From Dehalococcoidia bacterium (lineage in GTDB: Bacteria; Chloroflexota; Dehalococcoidia; UBA2979): a stretch of 64,000 nt of DNA. The translations under genes were made by a program, and so were the position numbers. The DNA lies in assembly GCA_963667465.2 (NCBI GenBank), contig CAXXDN010000001.1:320001-384000 (forward strand). Direction: 5' to 3'. The notes under the pieces are model-generated. The model saw only the letters and a program-made list of their open reading frames with translations, ran no database searches and had not been told where the DNA came from. Position 1 is the first letter of the stretch. Every line of letters begins with the position of its first letter. Positions 27,718 through 36,199 of the stretch are shown one piece after another.

Positions 27718-29142
27718 ATGATCCTCTCCCCTCCCGACGCGCCCGCGCTCACACGGACCGCGGGCCTCGATGACGCCCCGGCGCACGGCGAGCACGGCGC
27801 GCACACGCTGCACCGCAACGGCGGCAGCCCCACCCCGACCTTCGAGGCGCTGGGCGTCTCACCCGACCTCACCGAGACGCTGACCGAAGCCGGAATCGAG
27901 CGCCCCTTCCCGATCCAGGCGCTGGCCATCCCCGATGCGCTGGCCGGCGAGGACATCTGCGGGATGGCGCAAACCGGCTCCGGAAAGACGCTCGCCTTCG
28001 GTTTGCCAATGATCGAGCGCACGACCACCGCGCGGCCGCGCCGCCCGCACTCGCTGGTGCTGGCGCCCACGCGCGAGCTCGCGAACCAGATCGCCGAGGA
28101 ACTGACCCCGCTCGCCGCCGCCCGCGGCCTCTGGCTGACCGCGATTTACGGCGGCGTCTCGATGCCGCGGCAGGTGCGGGCGCTGCAGCTGGGCGTGGAC
28201 ATCGTGATCGCAACGCCGGGGCGGCTCAACGACCTGCTCGAGCAGGGCGAGCTGTCGCTCGCCGCGGTCTCGTTTGTCGTCGTCGACGAGGCCGACCAGA
28301 TGGCCGACATGGGCTTCCTGCCGCAGGTGGAGCGCATCCTGAACCAGATCGAGGGGCAGCCCCAGACGCTGCTGTTCTCGGCCACGCTCGACGGCGCGGT
28401 CGGGGCCCTCGTGCGCCGCTACCAGCAGCGCCCCGCCCGCCACGAGATCGCCTCCGCCGCGCCCACCGTGGACGGGCTGGAGCAGCGCTTCATCGGCGTG
28501 CGCTCCGAGGACAAGATCGACGTCACCTCCGAGATCTGCGCCGGAGCCCACCGGGCGCTGGTCTTCGTGCGCACGACCCGCGCCGCGGACCGCGTCGCGA
28601 AGCGGCTGGGGCGGACCGGGCTGCGGGTCGGCGCCATTCACGGGCGGCTCTCGCAGAACCGCCGCGAGTCCACGCTCGAGGCGTTCCGGCGGGGTGACTC
28701 GCCCGTCCTCGTCGCCACGAATGTCGCCGCTCGCGGGCTGCACGTGGACGGCGTCGACATCGTCGTGCACTACGACCCGCCCGAGGATCACAAGACGTAC
28801 GTGCACCGCTCCGGTCGCACCGCGCGCGCCGGCGAGGGCGGCATGGTCGTCACGCTCGTACTCCCGGAGCAGCGGCCCGATGTCGCCGTGCTGCAACGCG
28901 ACGGCGGCAGCAACTACTCCGTCGTCGAGATGCGCGCAGGCGACCGCAGGCTCCTCGACCTCGCCTCGTGGTCCGCGCCGCGCGAGAGCACCAGCCCCGA
29001 CCAGGGCCGAAACGCGAACGGCGCCTCACGGCGCGGTCCCAACGGACGACGGCCCTCGAAGCCCCGCAACGGGCGCGGACGCGCCTCGGGCGGTGGCCCC
29101 CGGCCGGCTGAGCGCCGTCCCGCGCGAAGCCAGCGGCGCTAG
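27718..29142 (+). CDS. DEAD-box RNA helicase
   Basis: AQTGSGKT, PTRELA, TPGRL, DEAD, SAT, ARGLHV, HRSGRTAR; basic C-terminal tail. Confidence 0.95.
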   Translation: MILSPPDAPALTRTAGLDDAPAHGEHGAHTLHRNGGSPTPTFEALGVSPDLTETLTEAGIERPFPIQALAIPDALAGEDICGMAQTGSGKTLAFGLPMIERTTTARPRRPHSLVLAPTRELANQIAEELTPLAAARGLWLTAIYGGVSMPRQVRALQLGVDIVIATPGRLNDLLEQGELSLAAVSFVVVDEADQMADMGFLPQVERILNQIEGQPQTLLFSATLDGAVGALVRRYQQRPARHEIASAAPTVDGLEQRFIGVRSEDKIDVTSEICAGAHRALVFVRTTRAADRVAKRLGRTGLRVGAIHGRLSQNRRESTLEAFRRGDSPVLVATNVAARGLHVDGVDIVVHYDPPEDHKTYVHRSGRTARAGEGGMVVTLVLPEQRPDVAVLQRDGGSNYSVVEMRAGDRRLLDLASWSAPRESTSPDQGRNANGASRRGPNGRRPSKPRNGRGRASGGGPRPAERRPARSQRR

Positions 29143-29165
29143 CCCACTCGCCCCGGCGGCCGGGG

Positions 29166-29765
29166 CTAGCCTGGCGGCGCGCCGTGCCTGCCCGCCTCCC
29201 AGCCGACAGCGGCGAGGTGTTCGCGAGCCCACCTCGCGGGAAGCGGGTGCGTCTCCGTGGCCACGATGTTGTTCCAGTGATTGAGGAAGCCGCGCCAGCT
29301 GATCACGGCGACCAGTTCCACGATCTCGCCCTCGTCGAACCACTCGCGCAGGGCCTCGAAGTGCTCCTCGGTCACCCTGGTCGGCACGACAGAGCCATCC
29401 CTGGCCAGCCGCATTGCAGCCTTCTCGCGCCGCGTAAACAGGTCGCTCTCCTCGAAGTCGTACACCGCCCGCAGCTTCTCGGCGGGCATTCCGTTCCACG
29501 CCGCCCGGAACGCCGCGTGTGACTGGGTGTGCGAGCACTGCGCAGCGATGTCGACGGCCAGCGAGACGAGGCTCTTCAAGTCCCGCTCGACGGTTCCGGA
29601 ACGGGTGGCGGCCAGCATGACGCTCACGGCCTTCACCAGCTCCGGCCGCCGCGCCATCGTCAGTTGCCCTCGAGGGATGTAGCCGCCCGTCTCCTCCAGC
29701 GCCTGGAGCGAGTCCCGGATCTCCGGGTCCACGTCCTCGATCGCCAGGGGTGTGATGTGCGCCAT
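29166..29765 (-). CDS. Carboxymuconolactone decarboxylase/AhpD-like protein
   Basis: MARRPEL, LKSLVS, CSHTQSH, F.ESDLF..REKAA, L.EWFDE.EIVELV; AAGGAG RBS before ATG 29765. Confidence 0.85.
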   Translation of the reverse strand: MAHITPLAIEDVDPEIRDSLQALEETGGYIPRGQLTMARRPELVKAVSVMLAATRSGTVERDLKSLVSLAVDIAAQCSHTQSHAAFRAAWNGMPAEKLRAVYDFEESDLFTRREKAAMRLARDGSVVPTRVTEEHFEALREWFDEGEIVELVAVISWRGFLNHWNNIVATETHPLPARWAREHLAAVGWEAGRHGAPPG

Positions 29766-29881
29766 GCGGGTCCCCTCCTTGTTGCGGTGGTCACGATAGC
29801 GCTCGCGAGCGCCGCTATTCGCGGGGCATGCGTCATCTGTCATGACTCCACATTGCCGCCTTGTGCGTTCAGCCCGTCGAG

Positions 29882-29899
29882 TGATGTAGGCTTACATCA
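29882..29899 (+). promoter_or_regulatory. Palindromic operator TGATGTA-ggct-TACATCA overlapping the -10 (TAGGCT) and start of the antitoxin gene
   Basis: Perfect 7-bp inverted repeat directly at the vapB start; typical TA autoregulation. Confidence 0.7.
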
Positions 29900-30150
29900 T
29901 GAGTCGCCGCACGCAGATCACGCTGACCGACGAGCAGTATGCGCGGCTGCGCGAGGAGTCCCGGCGCTCCGGCCTCGGCCTCGCGGAGCTGGTCCGCCGG
30001 GCGCTCGATCACCGCTACGGAGCGGCTCCCGGCACGGAGTTGCGGAGCGCCCTCGACGCGAGCTTCGCCTCTTGGGGGGACCGTGATTTCGATGGCGCGA
30101 GCTACGTCGAGAGGCTGCGCCACGGCATGTCTCGCCGGCTGGCGGACTGA
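29899..30150 (+). CDS. CopG/RHH-type antitoxin (VapB)
   Basis: RRTQITLTDEQY..L..ES...G...AELVRRAL; upstream of a PIN toxin. Confidence 0.88.
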   Translation: MSRRTQITLTDEQYARLREESRRSGLGLAELVRRALDHRYGAAPGTELRSALDASFASWGDRDFDGASYVERLRHGMSRRLAD

Positions 30151-30530
30151 TGGCGATCGTCGTCGACACCTCGGTGCTGATCGACCAACTGCGAGGCGAG
30201 GAAGCGGCTCGCGAGGCGCTTCGCGGCGCGACGGCCGCCGGCGAGCGGCTCGTCGCGTCCGTCCTCACCAAGGTCGAGGTGCTGGCCGGGATGCGGGCGC
30301 CGGAGGAGCGCGCCACGCGTCGCCTGCTCGACAGCCTCGACTGGATCGAGGTGGATGACGAGCTCGCCGAACGTGCCGGCATGCTGGCCAACCGCTATCT
30401 GCCGTCACACCCCGGTGTCGATCCGGTCGACTACGTGATTGCGGCAACGGCCGAACACCTCGACGCCCGGCTCTGGACCCGCAACGTCCGCCACTTCCCG
30501 ATGTTCCCGGAGCTCGAGCCCCCGTACTGA
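30150..30530 (+). CDS. vapC: VapC PIN-domain toxin
   Basis: [29 protein letters not shown]. Confidence 0.92.
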   Translation: MAIVVDTSVLIDQLRGEEAAREALRGATAAGERLVASVLTKVEVLAGMRAPEERATRRLLDSLDWIEVDDELAERAGMLANRYLPSHPGVDPVDYVIAATAEHLDARLWTRNVRHFPMFPELEPPY

Positions 30531-30557
30531 GACGCTGCGATCCACTCGCTCGCGCTA

Positions 30558-30578
30558 CGAACGCACGTTCGCTATACT
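30558..30578 (+). promoter_or_regulatory. LexA (SOS) box CGAAC-GCAC-GTTCG adjacent to -10 TATACT of ruvB
   Basis: Perfect GAAC-N4-GTTC at 30558-30571; TATACT at 30573-30578; upstream of a recombination-repair gene. Confidence 0.85.
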
Positions 30579-30606
30579 GTGCGCGGCGGGTGAGGCAGGA
30601 GGCGGC

Positions 30607-31674
30607 GTGGACGACGAGAAGCGCGGTCCGCTGGCTCGCACGCAGACCCCCGATGACATTTCGATCGAGCCCACGCTGCGCCCCCGGCGCCTCGAGGAGT
30701 ACTTCGGCCAGGACACGGTCAAGGTGTCGCTGCGGATCGCGATCGCCGCTGCGAAGGGGCGGGGCGAACCGCTCGACCACCTGCTGATCCACGGCCCGCC
30801 CGGCCTCGGCAAGACGACGCTCGCGATGATCCTCGCCTCCGAGATGGGCGTCTCGATCCGCGTCACCTCCGGGCCGGCAATCGAGCGCGCGGGCGATCTC
30901 GCCTCGGTGCTCACCAGCCTGCAGCCCGGCGACGTGCTGTTCATCGACGAGGTGCACCGGCTGCCGCGCGTGGTGGAGGAGATCCTCTACCCGGCGATGG
31001 AGGACTGGGCGCTCGACATCATCCTCGGCAGCGGGCCGAAGGCGCGCGATGTGCGGCTCACGCTCAACCGCTTCACGCTGATCGCCGCCACCACGCGCTA
31101 CGCGCTGGTCTCGCAGCCGCTGCGCGACCGCTTCGGGGCGAGCTACCGGCTGGAGTTCTACGACGAGGCAGCGCTGAGCGAGATCGTGCGCCGCTCGGCG
31201 GGTGTGCTCGGCTGCGCCATCGATGCCGACGGAGTGACGGCGATCGCCAGCCGGGCGCGCGGCACCGCGCGCGTCGCGAACCGGCTGCTGCGCCGCGTGC
31301 GCGACTACGCCGAGGTGGAGGCGGACGGTGTGATCACCGAGCCGGTGGCCGCGCTCGCCCTCGCGCAGCTCGGCATCGACGAGCTGGGCCTCGACGCGAT
31401 GGACCGCGAGTTGCTGCGGGTGCTCGTCGAGCGCTTCGGCGGCGGCCCGGTGGGCCTCGAGACGCTGGCCGCGGCGGTCTCCGAGGAGGCCGACACGATC
31501 ATGGACGTGTACGAGCCGTACCTGCTGAAGATCGGCTACCTGCAGCGCACCCCGCGCGGCCGGGTCGCCTCGCGGCTGGCCTACGACCGCCTCGGCCTGG
31601 AGCCGCCCCCCGCGCTGCTCGCCGCCGTCGCGCAGCAGCCCGCACTGTTCGGCGAGGACGGCGCGGGCGGCTGA
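30607..31674 (+). CDS. ruvB: Holliday junction branch migration helicase
   Basis: [58 protein letters not shown]; AGGAGG RBS before GTG 30607. Confidence 0.97.
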   Translation: MDDEKRGPLARTQTPDDISIEPTLRPRRLEEYFGQDTVKVSLRIAIAAAKGRGEPLDHLLIHGPPGLGKTTLAMILASEMGVSIRVTSGPAIERAGDLASVLTSLQPGDVLFIDEVHRLPRVVEEILYPAMEDWALDIILGSGPKARDVRLTLNRFTLIAATTRYALVSQPLRDRFGASYRLEFYDEAALSEIVRRSAGVLGCAIDADGVTAIASRARGTARVANRLLRRVRDYAEVEADGVITEPVAALALAQLGIDELGLDAMDRELLRVLVERFGGGPVGLETLAAAVSEEADTIMDVYEPYLLKIGYLQRTPRGRVASRLAYDRLGLEPPPALLAAVAQQPALFGEDGAGG

Positions 31675-31681
31675 CGCAGCC

Positions 31682-31894
31682 TCAACGCACCCCAAGCACC
31701 ATCGCGTCGACCGGGTTGCCGGCGTCGAAGACGGCGACGGCGAGGCGGCGGCCGGCCGTGAGCTGCGCGGCGGAGATGGCGCGCGAGACCGGCACGGCCG
31801 TGACCACCGAGGAGAGCGATCCGGCGAAGCGGACGGTCGCGGTCCAGGCCCCGCTGTCGAACGAGACCAGGGTGGCGCGCTCCAGCATCGTCAC
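31682..31894 (-). CDS. 70-aa OB-fold-like protein resembling the N-terminal domain of phage baseplate spikes (gpV/gp5-like)
   Basis: ATLVSFD...WTATVRF.......AVPV.......L.AGRRLAVAVFD.GNP.DAMVLG pattern; GTGA overlap with the hub gene and GGAGG RBS. Confidence 0.55.
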   Translation of the reverse strand: MTMLERATLVSFDSGAWTATVRFAGSLSSVVTAVPVSRAISAAQLTAGRRLAVAVFDAGNPVDAMVLGVR

Positions 31895-33861
31895 ACCTCC
31901 CCGAGCGTCAGGGTCTGCTCGTAGCGTGGGCGCGCACCGCGGGCGAAGCGCAGCCGCAGGCCCGCGACACGGAACGGCGCGGCAGCGAGGCCTGCCGCCG
32001 CGTCGCTGACCTCGATGATGTCGCCGGGCTCCTGCGCGACGTTGGGCTGCACGAGCAGCTCGCCGCGTTCGACGGCCAGACGCGACTGGCGCAGCAGCAT
32101 GTCCGCTCGCGCGTCGACACGGTCCTGCGCGCCGAGATTCTCGTCGACGGCGATGACCGCGCCCGCACCCTCGGCGATCGCGGCTTCGTCGGTCGCCTCG
32201 GCGAAGACGCCGCTGCCGAAGACCCGCGCCCAGCCGGCGGCCGGGCGGCCCGCCTCGATCGCGTGCGCGAGGATGGCGTGGTCCGGGCCGTAGGCGTAGG
32301 CGGCTGCGTCGCTCGCGGACGGCTCGGACAGCACCAGCAGGCGGCCGTCACTGCGCAGCCGGTCCGGAAGCGCCCGCAGCAGCCGCCGCATGGCGGTCGC
32401 GCCACGTTCGCCGGCGCGCACGGTGAACGCCGGACGCAGCAAGCCGGATTCGCCGCTCGCTCCGCGCATGGTCAGCCGCAGCCCGGCGCGGCGAGCGATC
32501 GCGGCGAGGATCTCGATCGCGCTCTGCTGCCCCGCCTCCCACACGAGCTGTTCCGGGGCAATCCATCCCTCGAGCAGGCCGAGCCCATCGACGGCGTCCA
32601 CCTCGACCGTCGCAGCGCCGCCACTCCGCCGCCGCCGGAGCGCAGCGATCCAGAAGCGCGGCCCCTCGGATGTCTCGATGCCGGCAGCGCTGCGGTAACC
32701 GGGCTGCACCCACAGCTCGCCGCCGGCCGTGAGGGCGATCGGGGCGCGGTCGCCGGCGTAGCGCCCGTCCTCGTTACGCAGTGTCAGCCGCAGCCGTCCC
32801 TGCTCGCGCTGATCGATCACTGCTTCCAGTACGTCGTCCGTCAGTTCGTGCTCAGCGTGCGCGATGGGGGCGCGCCAGACCGCGTTCGGCGAGGCGAGCC
32901 AGGCGGCGTCGGGGGACGCCGCCGCGCCAAGCCCGTGCGGCGAGGCGTGGACGAAGGGGCGGGGATCGCGCCATTCGCCGTCGCCGTGGAGACTGCCCGC
33001 GAGACCCGCCGCGATCTGCACCCGGTCGTAGGCGCCCGCACCGCGGTAGGACTCGACGAACACGGACTGCGGCGCATCGGCGCGCATCAGGCCGCTCGCG
33101 AGGTAGCTGATGTCCGACCCGGCGGCGGCCGAGGCAACCACGGCGAGCGGCAGCCAGTGGCCCGGCGGCTGCCCGCCGCCCGAGCCGAGCACCGTTGACC
33201 AGACGCCTGCTCCTCCGTCCGCGTCGGTCCCCGACACCAGCACGTTGCAGTCCACCTCGAAGTACGCGGCAAGGCCGTTGACCGTCGCGAGCGAGCGCGA
33301 CCAGGCAACGGGCGCGGCCCACGCGCCGAGAGCCTGGCGGCGGACCGCGTAGACGGTCCCGCCCGAGGCGTAGAGCACGCTCGCGGACCCGTCCCCCTCG
33401 ATCGCAACCGCCAGCGCCGTGACGGACGAGCCGGCGGTCGCCACGGTTCGCGAAGCGCCGAAGCTGGCGCCCGAGTCCGCGCTCTCGCGCACCTCGACGC
33501 GTACGCCGTCCGTGCGGACGCTGGCGAGGATGGCGCGGGCGCCAGAGGCCGCCAGCCCGAGGCGTGGCGCGACCGCAACGGTCGCGACGGCGGTCCAGTC
33601 TCCGAAGCCGGCGCCGGACGCTGGGGCGGCCACCCGTTGGCGGCTGAGCGCGCCCGTTGCGGGATCGATCCGTGCGCGCAGCAAGGCGCCGTCGCCCGCC
33701 ACGGCGAGGGCGCACGGGCCGTTGCCCCTGGCGCCATCGTGGCTGCGCTGCCAGCGCAGCCGGATCGAGCCGGCGTCGCGGTCCAGGAGCCGCACGCGCA
33801 GGTGGGGCTCGGCGCTGGCCGACTGCTGGGCAGCGCGGAGGGTAGGGCTGAGCGCTCGCAT
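31891..33861 (-). CDS. Putative phage tail-tip protein: beta-rich N-terminal half plus gp27/Tal-like baseplate hub C-terminal half (656 aa)
   Basis: C-half has LTDDVL..., LRLTLRNEDGRY, VEVDAVDGLGLL, EILAAIARRAG, PN...EPGDIIEV.D.......FRV......YEQTLTL, typical of hub proteins; ATG 33861 follows the adaptor stop. Confidence 0.6.
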   Translation of the reverse strand: MRALSPTLRAAQQSASAEPHLRVRLLDRDAGSIRLRWQRSHDGARGNGPCALAVAGDGALLRARIDPATGALSRQRVAAPASGAGFGDWTAVATVAVAPRLGLAASGARAILASVRTDGVRVEVRESADSGASFGASRTVATAGSSVTALAVAIEGDGSASVLYASGGTVYAVRRQALGAWAAPVAWSRSLATVNGLAAYFEVDCNVLVSGTDADGGAGVWSTVLGSGGGQPPGHWLPLAVVASAAAGSDISYLASGLMRADAPQSVFVESYRGAGAYDRVQIAAGLAGSLHGDGEWRDPRPFVHASPHGLGAAASPDAAWLASPNAVWRAPIAHAEHELTDDVLEAVIDQREQGRLRLTLRNEDGRYAGDRAPIALTAGGELWVQPGYRSAAGIETSEGPRFWIAALRRRRSGGAATVEVDAVDGLGLLEGWIAPEQLVWEAGQQSAIEILAAIARRAGLRLTMRGASGESGLLRPAFTVRAGERGATAMRRLLRALPDRLRSDGRLLVLSEPSASDAAAYAYGPDHAILAHAIEAGRPAAGWARVFGSGVFAEATDEAAIAEGAGAVIAVDENLGAQDRVDARADMLLRQSRLAVERGELLVQPNVAQEPGDIIEVSDAAAGLAAAPFRVAGLRLRFARGARPRYEQTLTLGEV

Positions 33862-33872
33862 ACGGCCTCGCG

Positions 33873-34478
33873 CTACCCGCCGTGCGGCAGGGAGAGCACG
33901 CCCGAGCGGGCGCGGCCGGCGCGGCCGTGTCTGGCCAGCGCGCGAGCGAACTCGGCGAGCCGCTCCTGCGCCCAGACGTGGTAGTGCCGCCAGGTGTCCG
34001 CGCCGCCCACGTTCACGCGGTTGACCGCGTACGAGGCCCACTCGATTGCCGCGTAGGCGCCCGCCCCGGTCGCCACGAGGTCAGCGAGCGCAGGCGGCAG
34101 CGTGCTGCCGCCTGCGTCGAGCGTGTGCAGCTTCGAGTAGTGGACCGTGACCGCCTCGTCCCCGTCCGGCGGCGCGCCGAGCTGCAACGTCAGCGTGTCA
34201 CCCCAGAGTGAGAACGGCGGCCGCGAGGGCGGGTACAGGCCGACCGGGTACTCGACGGCCTCGATACTGACACGGTCGGCCAGGGCCGCGACGCTGAGGT
34301 CGCGGCTGCCGGCGACCGTCCGCAGCGCCGCGCTCGTCTCGAGCGGCGCGGCGAGCGAGAGCTCGCGGACGGCGCGCTCGACGTGCCGGTCGAGCGCCTC
34401 GTCGGGCCAGCGCTGGTTGGCCGGATCAGTGTCGCGGAGGTCGCGCCGCAGCCGCGCGCGCATCGACGGCAGGTCCAT
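33873..34478 (-). CDS. Putative phage head-tail adaptor/connector protein
   Basis: N-terminal M....MR..LR.DL.D......RW.D..LD..V..A helix pattern, central beta domain, C-terminal LP....DLV..GA helix; directly downstream of the capsid gene; GAGGAAG RBS. Confidence 0.6.
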   Translation of the reverse strand: MDLPSMRARLRRDLRDTDPANQRWPDEALDRHVERAVRELSLAAPLETSAALRTVAGSRDLSVAALADRVSIEAVEYPVGLYPPSRPPFSLWGDTLTLQLGAPPDGDEAVTVHYSKLHTLDAGGSTLPPALADLVATGAGAYAAIEWASYAVNRVNVGGADTWRHYHVWAQERLAEFARALARHGRAGRARSGVLSLPHGG

Positions 34479-34532
34479 CTCTTCCTCGATTCGGGCTGGG
34501 GAGCCTGGAGGGTGGCGAAAGGGGTTGGGGAG

Positions 34533-34571
34533 GAGGGCGGCCGCCCGGCGCCGGCCGGACGGGCCACCCTC
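34533..34571 (-). terminator. GC-rich hairpin between the capsid and adaptor genes (attenuator or mRNA stabiliser)
   Basis: Minus strand GAGGGTGGCCCGTCCGG...CCGGGCGGCCGCCCTC imperfect stem. Confidence 0.45.
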
Positions 34572-34587
34572 GCACGCGGCTGGTCGC

Positions 34588-35478
34588 CTAGGGGCGAACG
34601 CCGCTGAGCTTCGCGAGCTTGAGCTCGTTGAAGAGCGCGACCGAGACGTACCACTTGACCCGCACGCGAGTCGCGTCCTTCGTCTCCAGCGCGCCGACCC
34701 GCTCGATGGTCAGCCCGCCGGGCGCGGTCAGCCCGGCCACGGCGCCCTCGCCGAACTGCAGGGCGTAGACCGCCGAAGTGTCCTTGGACGTGCCGGTGGT
34801 GTCGTCGTCGGCGATGTGGTCGTTCACGCCGATCGGGATGCCGTCGTAGAAGGCGACCATGCGGCCGAACTCGTCGCGGTCGTGCTCGACGACGCCGCCG
34901 CCCGCCGCACGCGCGAGCTTGTTGAGCGCCCGCCGCGAGCGGCGCGACATCAGCAGCAGCTCCGGCTTGCCGCCACGCACCGTGTCGATCAACTCGTCGA
35001 GCTTGTCGAGGGTGAGCGTGGCCCCGTTCGCGCCCATCGAGACCGTCTGCGCCGCCGGGCACAGCTCGTCGAGGCCATCGAACGACTTCGCATCGCTGCT
35101 CGTGTCGCCGTTGATGAACGTGTCGTCGAACTTCTGCTGGACGGACTTCGCCTTGAGCGCCACGACTGCCGCCTCGATGTCCTGCACGTTGCTGCGGGTG
35201 CGGGCGATGTAGTTGTCGATGTCTGCGTCGCCGCCGAGGATCGTCAGCGCGGTCGTGATCTGCTTGAACGTCGGCGTGTCCTCGGACCAGGTGTCCCCCA
35301 CCGAGTAGAAGCCGGCCGAGGCCGAGAGCTTCTCACGGTTGTAGGTGAGCCCGTTGCCGACGATCTCGATGAACGGCAGCCGCTGCAGGATCGGGCTGTC
35401 GTAGATCACCGTCTCGATCACGCCCTCGAGCAGGACGTCGTTCGAGAGCTTCGCGCCTTCGGTCAGGGTCAGTGCCAT
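34588..35478 (-). CDS. Phage major capsid protein (HK97-type fold)
   Basis: MALTL.E..KLS...L..GVIE....SPIL..LPF..I.GN...YNRE, ILGGDADID, FINGD......FDGL, TLDKLDELID, GIPI, RVKWY; GGAAGG RBS; host-like codon usage. Confidence 0.9.
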   Translation of the reverse strand: MALTLTEGAKLSNDVLLEGVIETVIYDSPILQRLPFIEIVGNGLTYNREKLSASAGFYSVGDTWSEDTPTFKQITTALTILGGDADIDNYIARTRSNVQDIEAAVVALKAKSVQQKFDDTFINGDTSSDAKSFDGLDELCPAAQTVSMGANGATLTLDKLDELIDTVRGGKPELLLMSRRSRRALNKLARAAGGGVVEHDRDEFGRMVAFYDGIPIGVNDHIADDDTTGTSKDTSAVYALQFGEGAVAGLTAPGGLTIERVGALETKDATRVRVKWYVSVALFNELKLAKLSGVRP

Positions 35479-35594
35479 GGTGTCGTGTTCCGTTCCTTCC
35501 GGCGCGCGCCGCGCGCCTCGCTCGTCATTGCCGCGGGCACGCTAGTGACGTGCGCGCGCTGCTCCGAGGGTCATGTGGCAGCACTCGCCGCCGG

Positions 35595-36083
35595 CTACGT
35601 CCGGCTCCGCTGCTCGAGGCCGTAGGCGATCTTCTCGGCCGTGGTCATCGCCTCCGTGCGCGGTCCGCGCCGCTCCGGCGCACCGGCCGGGAAGCCACGC
35701 GCCGCCTCGTCCTCCGACTCGCGGGCGATCCGCTCCCGGATCTCCGCGACCGTGCGGCGCGCTGCCTCGACCGAGGCGTCGACGGCCTCGGTGTCGTCGC
35801 CCTCGACCAGCTCGGGCGGCAGCGCCGGCTCGGCCGTCAGCAGCGCTGCGCGGTAGCGCGCGACGGCGGCCCGGCGCGCGGCACGCTCGGCGTCGAGGGC
35901 GTCCCGGGCCTCCTGCAGCTCGCCGCGCAGCGTGATCAGACCGTCGTGTTCGGCCTCGGCGACGGCGGCGAGCTCCGCCGCAGCCTCGTCGGGCAGGTCA
36001 TCCCCGGACGGTTCGGGACCAGCGATCGGCTCGCTCGAGGCCGCGTTCCCGGCTTCCTGCTCCCTCGCGTCGTGTTCGGTCAT
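35595..36083 (-). CDS. Putative capsid scaffolding protein (162 aa)
   Basis: Acidic disordered N-terminus, coiled coil, C-terminal PAGAPER..MTTAEKIAYGL amphipathic helix; directly upstream of the capsid gene; GAAGGAG RBS before ATG 36083. Confidence 0.65.
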   Translation of the reverse strand: MTEHDAREQEAGNAASSEPIAGPEPSGDDLPDEAAAELAAVAEAEHDGLITLRGELQEARDALDAERAARRAAVARYRAALLTAEPALPPELVEGDDTEAVDASVEAARRTVAEIRERIARESEDEAARGFPAGAPERRGPRTEAMTTAEKIAYGLEQRSRT

Positions 36084-36199
36084 GCGTCTCTCCTTCGGGC
36101 AATCCGGTGTCCCCGGATCAGCGTTGTCGAAGAGCACGCTGCGCGTTGCGCGCGCGAACTCCGAGCGCCGGGTGGCGCTCGGCGCTGTACGATCCGGCC

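Larger units (their letters stand above)
31682..36083 (-). mobile_element. Five-gene phage-derived virion-structural cassette (scaffold, capsid, adaptor, hub, spike-like); candidate domesticated GTA-like element
   Basis: Co-oriented intact ORFs in head-to-tail morphogenesis order between ruvB and rimI; no integrase, att repeats, terminase or portal seen. Confidence 0.75.

Noticed and set aside
34588-35478. Classical family 1 or 2 encapsulin
   Set aside because: No adjacent cargo enzyme (DyP, ferritin-like, desulfurase); the neighbours look like scaffold, adaptor and tail-tip proteins. A compartment role is not fully excluded.
31682-36083. Intact prophage
   Set aside because: Only 4.4 kb, with no integrase, att sites, terminase, portal, replication or lysis genes, and flanked directly by housekeeping genes.
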